Shown: one piece after another, positions 55,839-64,000 of the stretch
How the letters are laid out: every line of letters starts with the position of its first letter
Numbering within the stretch: position 1 is the stretch's first letter
Source: Alphaproteobacteria bacterium
GTDB lineage: Bacteria; Pseudomonadota; Alphaproteobacteria; SP197
DNA length: 64,000 bases
Direction of reading: 5' to 3'
NCBI GenBank assembly: GCA_964291415.2
Contig: OZ219918.1
Coordinates: 160,001 to 224,000 of the forward strand
Notes under the pieces: generated by a model
Database searches by the model: none
The model's input: only the letters and a program-made list of their open reading frames with translations
What the model was told of the DNA's origin: nothing
Translations under genes and position numbers: made by a program

Positions 55839-57062
55839 ATGAGCAAGGTGCCGGGGCGCCCGCGCGTCCTGATCTACAGTCATGACAGTTTCGGACTGGG
55901 GCATTTGCGCCGGTGCCGGGCCATCGCCCATGCCATGGTGGGAGCCGTCGACAACCTGGCCGTCCTCATCCTCTCGGGCCTTCCCATCATCGGCAGTTTC
56001 GATTTCCGTGCCCGGGTGGACTTCGTGCGCGTTCCTGGCGTCATCAAGCTGCGCAACGGGGAGTACTCGCCGCTCAATCCGATGCTCGGCATCGAGCAGA
56101 CCATGGCGTTGCGCTCTTCCATCATGCGGCACACCGCCGACATCTTCGATCCCGACATCTTCCTTGTCGACAAGGAGCCCCTCGGATTGCGGGGCGAGGT
56201 CCGCGAGACGATCGACATGCTCAAGGAGCGCGGCACCAGGATCATCCTCGGTCTGCGTGACGTCATGGATGACCCCGAACTCCTCAAGCCGGAATGGGAA
56301 CGCAAGAACGCCGTGCCGGCCCTGAGCGCTCTCTACGACGAGATCTGGGTCTATGGACTGCCCCAGATCCATGACCCGCTTGCCGAGATCGAATTGCCGG
56401 ACTCGGTGCGCCGCAAGGTGGTCTACACCGGATATCTCAGGCGCACGGTGCCCGAGCTGAGTCCGGAGGCGGCGCTGCCGGCATCCATCGAAGAGCCCTT
56501 TGTGCTCGTCACCACCGGTGGCGGAGGTGATGGCGATCTCCTGGTCGATCGGGTGCTGGCGGCCTATGAAAGCGCCATGGCGCCCGAACTGCCGGCTCTG
56601 GTCGTGTTCGGGCCATTCATGCAGCCCGAGGTCAAGACCGACTTTCAGACCCGAATCGACCGCCTTGAACGGGTATCGGCCATCACCTTCGAAACCCACC
56701 TCGAGTCGCTGATGGCGCGGGCGGCGGGGGTGGTGGCCATGGGGGGCTACAACACGTTCTGCGAGATCCTGTCGTTCGACAAGCCGGCGCTCATCGTCCC
56801 GAGACAGGCGCCGCGCCGCGAGCAGATCATCCGGGCCAGTCGCGCCCGCGAACTCGGTCTCGTCTCCATGCTGACCGAGGAGGCGGCCGCCCGGGCCGAT
56901 GCGATGGCGACGGCGATTCGCCAGCTTCCGCAACAGCGCCGTCCCGCCCAGGTCGTGGTCCCGGGACTCCTCGACGGCCTGGAGAATGTCAACCGGCTGG
57001 TCGGGATGCACCTCGCCGAAAACCGAGGGCACCGCCACCACGCTTTGCGCCAGCAGGGTTGA
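55839..57062 (+). CDS. GT-B glycosyltransferase (GT28 C-terminal-like)
   Basis: Motifs YSHDSFGLGHLRR, TGGGGDG, MGGYNT.CE and EQ..RA. Confidence 0.88.
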   Translation: MSKVPGRPRVLIYSHDSFGLGHLRRCRAIAHAMVGAVDNLAVLILSGLPIIGSFDFRARVDFVRVPGVIKLRNGEYSPLNPMLGIEQTMALRSSIMRHTADIFDPDIFLVDKEPLGLRGEVRETIDMLKERGTRIILGLRDVMDDPELLKPEWERKNAVPALSALYDEIWVYGLPQIHDPLAEIELPDSVRRKVVYTGYLRRTVPELSPEAALPASIEEPFVLVTTGGGGDGDLLVDRVLAAYESAMAPELPALVVFGPFMQPEVKTDFQTRIDRLERVSAITFETHLESLMARAAGVVAMGGYNTFCEILSFDKPALIVPRQAPRREQIIRASRARELGLVSMLTEEAAARADAMATAIRQLPQQRRPAQVVVPGLLDGLENVNRLVGMHLAENRGHRHHALRQQG

Positions 57063-57065
57063 CCG

Positions 57066-58283
57066 TCAGCTGGCGGCGCGGCGGTGGACGAGAGCACTTC
57101 GTGCGAGCCACAGCGCCGGTATGAGGAAGAGCGGTATCGACGTGAGGATGAATGTCGACCAGCCCAGGGTCACGGTCAACGCGCCCGAGGCAAAGGACGC
57201 CACGGCAGCGGCGAGAGCGATGAGAGTCTCGTTCAATCCCTGGACCCGGGACTGATCCTCGGGCCGGACATGCTCGGCGAGCAGGCTTGTCGATCCGATG
57301 AAGCCGAAGTTCCAGCCGACCCCGAGCAGGATGAGGGCAAGATAGAAATTCTCCAGCGCCACACCCGACCACGCGGCCAGGGCCGCCGCCGCCAGCAGGG
57401 CAAGACCGATGGCAATGACACGGCGCGATCCCCAGCGCGCGATCAGCGATCCGGTGAAGAAGCTCGGGCCGAACATGGCGACGACGTGCCAGCGCACCAC
57501 GTCGGCGGACTGATCGGTCGACAGCCCGCAGTCAGCCATCGCGAGGGTGGTGGGCGTCATCACGAACACCATCATGGCGTGGGCGGCGGCGGCGCAGATG
57601 ATGGCGGTCAACACCGGCGGGCTGCCAAGGATCCGGCCCAGCGGCCGGGCCGTTGTCCGTGAACGCGGCGGGGGTTTCGCAAGATCGAGAAAGGCGACCG
57701 GAAGACACCCGACAAGACAGATGATCACGATGGCCGCGTAGGCGCCGGCGAAGGGCACGGGGAAGAAGTGATCGCGGGTGTGGATCAGGATTTCCGGGCC
57801 GAGCAGCGCGGCAATCAGACCCGCGCCGGTGATGATGGCGATCGCCCTGGGTTTCCAGGGCCCGTGAACGGCATCGGCGGCGGCGAAGCGGAAGTACCAC
57901 AGACTGCTCTGCATGGCGCCAAAGCACACGTGGGCGAGGCAGAGATAGATGAAATCCCGTTCGAAGAGCGCCACCGCCCCCAGCCAGCCTCCGGCCATGG
58001 CGCACCCCGCACCGCCCAGAAACCCCACGCGGCGCCCGAATCGCCCCATGATCAGGGAAATGGGGGTGGCCGTGACCATGGCGCTCAGCATCTGCAGGGA
58101 AATGGCGACGGTGGCGAGGCTGGGCACCGGCGCCACGTAGGCTCCGGCAAGTCCCCCCATGATGATGAGCATGGGCATCTGGGCGCCAAGCACGGCATTG
58201 CCCGCGAACAGCAAGACAAGATTGCGTACTATGGTGCGCCGTCCGGGGGTTTCCCCGGGTGACGACAGGGAAGGGCTGTTCAT
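57066..58283 (-). CDS. MFS transporter
   Basis: About 12 TM helices, GRFGRR, YFRFAAAD, WHVVAMF.PSFFTG and GWNFGF. The start may be slightly downstream. Confidence 0.88.
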   Translation of the reverse strand: MNSPSLSSPGETPGRRTIVRNLVLLFAGNAVLGAQMPMLIIMGGLAGAYVAPVPSLATVAISLQMLSAMVTATPISLIMGRFGRRVGFLGGAGCAMAGGWLGAVALFERDFIYLCLAHVCFGAMQSSLWYFRFAAADAVHGPWKPRAIAIITGAGLIAALLGPEILIHTRDHFFPVPFAGAYAAIVIICLVGCLPVAFLDLAKPPPRSRTTARPLGRILGSPPVLTAIICAAAAHAMMVFVMTPTTLAMADCGLSTDQSADVVRWHVVAMFGPSFFTGSLIARWGSRRVIAIGLALLAAAALAAWSGVALENFYLALILLGVGWNFGFIGSTSLLAEHVRPEDQSRVQGLNETLIALAAAVASFASGALTVTLGWSTFILTSIPLFLIPALWLARSALVHRRAAS

Positions 58284-58374
58284 GACGGACGTGTCCAGAT
58301 GTCCGATGTCCGCAAGAGACTACTTCGCCGGCGCCGCGCCCGATACCGGCGCTCCCGCTGGATGTTGCTGACTC

Positions 58375-59613
58375 GTGCCCGGCAACGTTGCCTTCGTGGT
58401 GAAGGGCTGGCCCCGACTCTCCGAGACCTTCATCGCCCAGGAGATCCTGGCCCTGGAGCAGCGCGGACTCGACATCCGGATCGTCTCCCTGCGCCATCCA
58501 TCGACAGAGAAACGCCACGCAATCCACGATGCCGTGCGGGCGCCGGTCACCTGGTTGCCGGAATATCTTCACGAGGAACCGGTGCGGACGTGGAAGGCCT
58601 GGAGGCGGGCCCGGAAACTGCCCGGCTACGCCCTTGCGAGACGGCACTGGTTGGCCGATCTGTGGCGGGACCCGACCCGCAACCGGGTGCGGCGCTTCGG
58701 CCAGGCCTGTGTCGTCGCCACGGAGATCGCACCCGCCGTGAGCCATCTCCATGCCCATTTTCTCCACACCCCGGCATCCGTGACCCGCTATGCGGCGATG
58801 ATGACCGGGCTCTCGTGGTCGGCGTCGGCCCACGCGAGGGACATCTACACCACGCCCCGCCGCGATCTTGCGGACAAGATATCCGGCTGCTCCTGGCTGG
58901 TGACCTGTACGGCGGCGAACCGCGACTGGCTCGAGTCGCTGGTCCCGGGACGACGTGTTTCACTCGCCTATCACGGGATAGATCAGGCGCGGTGGCCATC
59001 GCCGGTTCGTTCCCCGGCGATCCGCGACGGCAGCAATCCGGACGATCCCGTGCGGCTCGTCACGGTGGGACGGGCCGTCGAGAAGAAGGGGTACGGCACG
59101 CTCCTTGCCGCGCTGGCCCTGCTGCCTGACGATCTTCACTGGCGCCTCACCCATGTCGGCGAAGGTCCGCTGCTCTCCTCCCTTGTCGAAGCGGCCGCCC
59201 GGAGGGGACTGGACAAACGGATCACGTGGCTAGGCGCCAGACGACAGGACGAGGTCCTTGAAGTTCTCAGGGAAGGCGATCTCTTCGTCCTGGCGCCCCT
59301 CATCGCCCGTGACGGGGACCGTGACGGACTTCCCAACGTTCTTCTGGAGGCGCAGAGCCAGGCCCTGGCGGTGGTCATAACGGACGTCTCGGCGGTCGGC
59401 GAGCTGGTGAGCGACGGCGTCAACGGCTGCCTGGTTCCCCCGGACGATGCCCCGGCGCTGGCTGATCGGCTGTGCCACCTTGTCCGCAATCCCCAGCTGC
59501 GCGACCGCATGGGTCGCAACGGCGAGGATCGCGTGAGAACGGACTTTTCCATGGAGAGCGGCGTCGACAGGCTTGTCGATCTCTTCGCGTCGAGCGGGGT
59601 GGCATGCGAATAG
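58375..59613 (+). CDS. Glycosyltransferase family 4
   Basis: Motifs KGWPRLSETFI..E, HAHF.H, GRAVEKKG and DGLPNVLLEA. Confidence 0.9.
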   Translation: MPGNVAFVVKGWPRLSETFIAQEILALEQRGLDIRIVSLRHPSTEKRHAIHDAVRAPVTWLPEYLHEEPVRTWKAWRRARKLPGYALARRHWLADLWRDPTRNRVRRFGQACVVATEIAPAVSHLHAHFLHTPASVTRYAAMMTGLSWSASAHARDIYTTPRRDLADKISGCSWLVTCTAANRDWLESLVPGRRVSLAYHGIDQARWPSPVRSPAIRDGSNPDDPVRLVTVGRAVEKKGYGTLLAALALLPDDLHWRLTHVGEGPLLSSLVEAAARRGLDKRITWLGARRQDEVLEVLREGDLFVLAPLIARDGDRDGLPNVLLEAQSQALAVVITDVSAVGELVSDGVNGCLVPPDDAPALADRLCHLVRNPQLRDRMGRNGEDRVRTDFSMESGVDRLVDLFASSGVACE

Positions 59614-60707
59614 CCTTCTATGCGCCCATGAAAGCGCCGGACCACGAACGGCCCTCGGGCGATCGAACGATGGCGCGGCAGTTCCTGCGCCTTCTGGATG
59701 AGCTCGGACACGACGTCGAAATCGCCTCGACGCTGCGCTCGTGGGAGGCGGGCGACGAGGAACGCCAGGAGGCGATCCTGGACGCGGCGGTCCGCGAAAG
59801 GGAACGCCTTCTCATGCGCTGGCAGGCCCGTCCGCCCAGGGTGTGGTTCACCTATCATCTCTACCACAAGGCGCCGGATCACCTCGGACCGGCCATCGCC
59901 GATGCCCTCGGAATTGCCTACATCGTTGCCGAACCTTCGATATCCCCCGCCCGGGCGAACGGCCGGTGGCGGCGCCCCTGGGCCCATGCCCGGGCGGCCA
60001 TCGAGCGCGCCGATGCCCTGCTGGCCATCACGCTGAAGGACGAACGGGGTCTCCTCGCCGCCGGTCTGCCGCGCCGGAAGATCGTGCGTCTGCCCCCTTT
60101 CATCGACGCTGCGGACGTGCCCATCGGGAGGAAGGAGGCGCGTCTCGCCACCGCCCGGGAATTCGGTCTCGATCGCGACCGCGTCATCGCCGTCACCGTG
60201 GCCATGATGCGCCCCGGCGACAAGCTCGAATCCTACCGGGTCCTGGCCCGGACCCTTGACGCGCTGAACCGCGACGACATGCAGTTTCTCGTCATCGGCG
60301 ACGGCCCGTCACGCGGCGAGGTCGAACGCCTCCTTGCCGGACGCGTCGTCTTCGCCGGGGTCCGCGACGAGGGGTCCATCCGCCGGATCATGGCAGGATG
60401 CGACCTCTTCGTATGGCCCGCCATCAACGAGGCCTACGGCATGGCGATCCTTCTCGCCCAGGCCTGCGGATGCCCGGTGGCCGCCGGTGATGCGCCGGGG
60501 GTCGGCGAGATCGTCAACCATGGCGATAGCGGCCTTCTGGCACCGGCAGGCGATGCGGCGGCGCTGGCGCGTGCCGTCTCCAGCCTGCTCGCCGATCCCG
60601 TCCTGCGCCGGTCCATGGGCGATGCCGGACGACGCCATGTCCTGCGGCATCACTCGAGCGATGCGGCCCGGCGCATTCTCGCCCGGGTGCTGGAGATGCG
60701 GCCGTGA
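59604..60707 (+). CDS. Glycosyltransferase family 4
   Basis: Motifs MRIAFYAPMK.PDH..PSGDR, YYHKAPD-like and EAYGMA...AQ..G.PV. Confidence 0.88.
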   Translation: MRIAFYAPMKAPDHERPSGDRTMARQFLRLLDELGHDVEIASTLRSWEAGDEERQEAILDAAVRERERLLMRWQARPPRVWFTYHLYHKAPDHLGPAIADALGIAYIVAEPSISPARANGRWRRPWAHARAAIERADALLAITLKDERGLLAAGLPRRKIVRLPPFIDAADVPIGRKEARLATAREFGLDRDRVIAVTVAMMRPGDKLESYRVLARTLDALNRDDMQFLVIGDGPSRGEVERLLAGRVVFAGVRDEGSIRRIMAGCDLFVWPAINEAYGMAILLAQACGCPVAAGDAPGVGEIVNHGDSGLLAPAGDAAALARAVSSLLADPVLRRSMGDAGRRHVLRHHSSDAARRILARVLEMRP

Positions 60708-61294
60708 AGTTCGCGCTTCTCAGACATGCGCCGACAACCTGGAACGAGGCGGGCAGACTCCAGGGGCTGAGCGACATACACCTCTCGAGGGTAGGCCGGG
60801 CTGCAGCCAGGACCTGGCGGCTGCCCGAAATTCTGTACGGCTGGCGGCGGCTATCGAGCCCGTTGCTGAGAGCGCTGGAAACGGCCGCGCTGACAGGTCT
60901 TCGAGATCCGGAGGTCGACCCCAGGCTGCGCGAAATGGACTGGGGAGACTGGGAAGGCCAGACACTCGACAGCCTGCGCCATGCCGATCCGTCGGCCATG
61001 GCCACCAACGAGGCAGCGGGTTTGGACTTTCGCCCCCCTGACGGCGAAAGCCCCCGGGAGGTCCGTGACCGACTCCTCGATCTTGTCCGGGATCTCGCGG
61101 CAGACGGCCGCGACACGATTGCCGTCACACACCGCGGCGTGATGCGCGCCGCCCTCTCGGCGGCCACCGGCTGGGACTTCACGGGCGCACCACCGGTCAG
61201 GATGCCGCGGTATGGACTGCTGATGCTCACCGTGGACGACAACGCGGCGCTCGTTCCCGACGATCCCCCCGTCATCGCGACGGGAGGAGCATGA
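60704..61294 (+). CDS. Histidine phosphatase family protein
   Basis: Motifs LRHA.T.WN, SSPL.RA.ET, LREMDWGDWEG, GES and VTH.GV. Confidence 0.88.
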   Translation: MKFALLRHAPTTWNEAGRLQGLSDIHLSRVGRAAARTWRLPEILYGWRRLSSPLLRALETAALTGLRDPEVDPRLREMDWGDWEGQTLDSLRHADPSAMATNEAAGLDFRPPDGESPREVRDRLLDLVRDLAADGRDTIAVTHRGVMRAALSAATGWDFTGAPPVRMPRYGLLMLTVDDNAALVPDDPPVIATGGA

Positions 61295-62424
61295 TGAAGG
61301 GACCGGTTCTCTTCTGGGTTCAGCATCTCCTGGGGAGTGGCCATCTCAAGCGCGTGGCGCGCATCGCGTCGGTGCTGGCCGAGAGCGGCACGGCGTCGGT
61401 GATCGCGTCGGGAGGCATGCCCGTGGCGACCCTCGATACGGGAAAGGCCCGTCTCGTCCAGTTGCCTGCGATCCGTGCCGGCGATGAGGGATTCTCGACG
61501 CTGGTTGACGACGCCGGGAGGCGGGTGGACGAGGCCTGTTTCGACGAGCGCGGCCGGCGCCTCGAAGACCTGGTCCGCCATCTGGATGCGCGCCTAATCG
61601 TCACCGAGACATGGCCGTTTGGCCGGCGCACGTTCACACCGGAAGTGCTGGCCCTCATCGATGCCGCCCGCCGTCATCGTCCAGACACGGTGGTGGTCAG
61701 TTCGGTGCGGGACATTCTTCAGCGTCCGTCGAGGCCCGAACGCCACGACGCGATGCGCGACCTGGCGCTGCAGCACTGCAATCACGTGATGGTGCACGGA
61801 GCCGAGCGCTTCGTGCCGTTCGGGGAGACCTTCCGACATGCGGGAGCTCTCGACCACCGGCTCCACTACACGGGCTACGTTGCCGACGTGCCGCCGTCCG
61901 TCAGCGATTGCGGACCCGGGCGGGACGAAGTCGTGGTGTCTGCTGGTGGCGGGGCCGTTGGAAGGGGGCTCTTCGAGGCAGCCATGGCGGCGGCGCCCCA
62001 TTCGAAACGGGCATGCCGGAGACGATGGCGCCTGCTCGTCGGCGACAGCGGCATCGTTCCGCGCGATGATCAGCGCATGGTCATCGAAGCCAACCGGCCC
62101 GACTTTCCCGAGCTTCTTCACCGCTGCGCCGTTTCGGTATCGCAGGGCGGCTACAACACGGTGGCGGAGCTCCTTGGCGCCCGCGCCCGGGCCGTCGTGG
62201 CGCCATGGTCGGGGGCCGGCGAAACCGAACAGAAGGAGCGCGCCGAGCACTTGCGCCGTCGCCGGCTTGCCGTGGTCCTCGATGACACGGCGCTGACGCC
62301 CCGAGGCATGGCCAGGGCTGTCGATGAAGCCTTCGATCTCGGGCCCGGCAACATGGAGGACATCGGCCTCGATGGCGCCCGCGAGAGTGCCAGGTTGATC
62401 CGTGAGTGGCTGCGCCATGGCTGA
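61291..62424 (+). CDS. GT-B glycosyltransferase (GT28 C-terminal-like)
   Basis: Motifs VQHLLGSGH..R, E.WPFGRR, SAGGGAVG, SQGGYNT and ETEQ..RA. Confidence 0.88.
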   Translation: MMKGPVLFWVQHLLGSGHLKRVARIASVLAESGTASVIASGGMPVATLDTGKARLVQLPAIRAGDEGFSTLVDDAGRRVDEACFDERGRRLEDLVRHLDARLIVTETWPFGRRTFTPEVLALIDAARRHRPDTVVVSSVRDILQRPSRPERHDAMRDLALQHCNHVMVHGAERFVPFGETFRHAGALDHRLHYTGYVADVPPSVSDCGPGRDEVVVSAGGGAVGRGLFEAAMAAAPHSKRACRRRWRLLVGDSGIVPRDDQRMVIEANRPDFPELLHRCAVSVSQGGYNTVAELLGARARAVVAPWSGAGETEQKERAEHLRRRRLAVVLDDTALTPRGMARAVDEAFDLGPGNMEDIGLDGARESARLIREWLRHG

Positions 62425-63193
62425 CTGGACGGCCCTGGCGCGGGAGCTCGACGCATGGGCGCAAGCCGGGCAAACGGCGACGTTCTGGTGGCGCGACGAC
62501 GATGCCGGGGCCGATGCCGCGAAACTGAAGAAGCTCCTTCATCTGCGGCAGGGTCTGGGCGTACCCCTTGCCATGGCCGTGGTGCCGGACTGGCTGACGC
62601 CCGACGTCGCTTCACTCATCGCCGGGGTGGGCGACATCCATGTGTTGCAGCACGGCGTCGCCCATGCCGACCACAGCGAGGGCAGGGGGCGCAGAATGGA
62701 GCTCTGCGCCGGGGCCCTGCCTTCCGGTCTCCGGCAAGCCCTGATACGGTCGCGCAACGTGCTTCGCACAACCTTCCCGTCGTCCCTGATCGAGGTCATG
62801 GTGCCCCCGTGGAACAGGATCGACGAGGCGGTTCTCTCCATCCTTGCCGGGAGCGGATTTCTTGGTCTGTCGACACTCGGTCCACGGAGAGGCGCACGAG
62901 AGCACGGTCTCGTCGTCAACAACGTTCACATCGATATCATCGACTGGAAGGCCGGGAGCCGGTTCGCCGGCGACGAGGCCTGCCTTGAGGCATCTATCCG
63001 GCATCTCGAGAGCCGCCGCCGCGGCGCCGCGGACCCTGCGGAGGCCACCGGACTGATGACCCATCATCTCGTCCACGACGTGGCATGCCATGCCTTCATC
63101 GACCGGTTCGTCCAGACCGTTGCGCGGCACCCGGCGTGCCGCTGGCTTTCCGCCGGCACGGTGTTTGACGCCGCCGGGAGAGCGGATCCATGA
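62417..63193 (+). CDS. Polysaccharide deacetylase-like protein
   Basis: Motifs WWRDDDA, QHG..H, VPPWNRI, H.DIIDW and GLMTHHLVHD. Confidence 0.85.
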   Translation: MADWTALARELDAWAQAGQTATFWWRDDDAGADAAKLKKLLHLRQGLGVPLAMAVVPDWLTPDVASLIAGVGDIHVLQHGVAHADHSEGRGRRMELCAGALPSGLRQALIRSRNVLRTTFPSSLIEVMVPPWNRIDEAVLSILAGSGFLGLSTLGPRRGAREHGLVVNNVHIDIIDWKAGSRFAGDEACLEASIRHLESRRRGAADPAEATGLMTHHLVHDVACHAFIDRFVQTVARHPACRWLSAGTVFDAAGRADP

Positions 63194-63723
63194 ATGAGCC
63201 CGGAGTCCTGCGCTATGACACCCGGAGCATCGCAGCCGACTATGCGCGCGCGGCGTTCGGGGCCGTGGTGTGTCTCGCGCCGCCGCTGCTTGTGGACGTG
63301 ACTGCCGTGCTGGCGTGGATCCTGGTGGCGGTGGGGGCGCTGTTCGTGGCGTTCGGCCTCAGAACCCTGCTGCGCCACCTGACCGTCTATGAGTTCTCGC
63401 CGGAAGGGATCAGAGCCGCGGGGCCCCTTGGCGCCACGGTCTCCTGGAAGAATCTGACAGCCATCAATCTCGCCTACTTCCAGACCCGCCCACGGCGGAA
63501 AGTCATTGTAAAGTCCCCCGGAGGCTGGATGGAGCTCACCCTTCGCGAGGGCCGCCGGACCATCAAGATCGATTCCTCTCTTGAAGGATTCGATGATGTC
63601 GTCGGCGAGGCCGCCCGGGTCGCCCGCGAGCGCGGACTGACGCTCAACCCGGTCACCCTCGCCAACCTGGCAGCCATGGGGTTCGTCCACGCGGCGGAAG
63701 AGGGCGAGGGGATGTCGTCGTGA
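63190..63723 (+). CDS. Hypothetical membrane protein (two TM plus a PH-like C-terminus)
   Basis: Coupled to both neighbours by 4-nt overlaps. Two hydrophobic helices and conserved-looking L.Y...R and GWM.L motifs. Confidence 0.65.
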   Translation: MNEPGVLRYDTRSIAADYARAAFGAVVCLAPPLLVDVTAVLAWILVAVGALFVAFGLRTLLRHLTVYEFSPEGIRAAGPLGATVSWKNLTAINLAYFQTRPRRKVIVKSPGGWMELTLREGRRTIKIDSSLEGFDDVVGEAARVARERGLTLNPVTLANLAAMGFVHAAEEGEGMSS

Positions 63724-64000
63724 CCCCTCTCATCGAGGTCAGCGATCTCCACATCCGCTTCCGGGTCGGCGACGGCACCGTCGAGGCTGTCAAGGGGGCG
63801 TCGCTCACCATGTGGCCGGCGCGCACCCTTGCTCTGGTCGGTGAATCGGGCTCCGGCAAGACCGTGATTTCCCAGGCGATCATGCGCATTCTGCCGCGCG
63901 CAGCCGAGATCACGTCGGGCCGCATCCTGTTTCACGATCCTCACAACCGTGATGGAGCGCCGGTCGACATCGTCTCCCTCGAGGAGAATGGCCGGGCGAT
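63720..64000 (+). CDS. Dipeptide/oligopeptide-type ABC ATP-binding protein (partial; runs off the window)
   Basis: VTPLIEVSDLHIRF...AVKGASL...LALVGESGSGKTV. Not in the ORF track. Confidence 0.85.
   Translation, partial: MTPLIEVSDLHIRFRVGDGTVEAVKGASLTMWPARTLALVGESGSGKTVISQAIMRILPRAAEITSGRILFHDPHNRDGAPVDIVSLEENGRA

Noticed and set aside
1-64000. Prophage, IS element, integron, tRNA or rRNA
   Set aside because: I recognised no integrase, transposase, phage structural gene or structural RNA signature by eye.

Overview
A GC-rich (by eye about 65%) bacterial chromosomal segment, most consistent with an Alphaproteobacterium given dmdA, cytochrome c' and the rhizobial-type glycosyltransferase cluster. 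It is dense in catabolic genes, and I found no integrase, transposase, rRNA, tRNA or CRISPR array. From left to right: a partial GcvT/DMGDH-like gene, an orphan VapB-like antitoxin and a homocysteine methyltransferase; a carbohydrate ABC, FGGY kinase, dehydrogenase and TIM-barrel cluster interrupted by an opposite-strand cassette encoding a B12-dependent diol dehydratase with fused alpha-beta subunits and an altered substrate pocket; a DUF6058/ArsR pair and an MFS/oxidoreductase/hydrolase run; an amine cluster (TMADH/histamine dehydrogenase-like flavoprotein, Rieske oxygenase, solute-binding protein, LuxR) next to dmdA; cytochromes b and c'; a coupled trio of a pseudo-histidine kinase, an OLD-like ATPase and a 2H phosphoesterase; a rearranged glutamate/N-methylglutamate synthase-like cluster with an atypical Amt; a frameshifted nucleotidyltransferase; a TPP riboswitch with thiBPQ; cystathionine beta-synthase; a Fic protein; and a cluster of a cNMP-binding protein, a degenerate ABC transporter and several glycosyltransferases. 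The best candidates for undescribed systems are the dehydratase-linked polyol pathway (2.7-14.2 kb), the re-partitioned glutamate synthase (34.8-42.6 kb) and the pseudo-kinase/OLD/2H operon (30.4-34.5 kb). All family calls come from motif recognition, not database searches, and reference residue numbers are recalled from memory.
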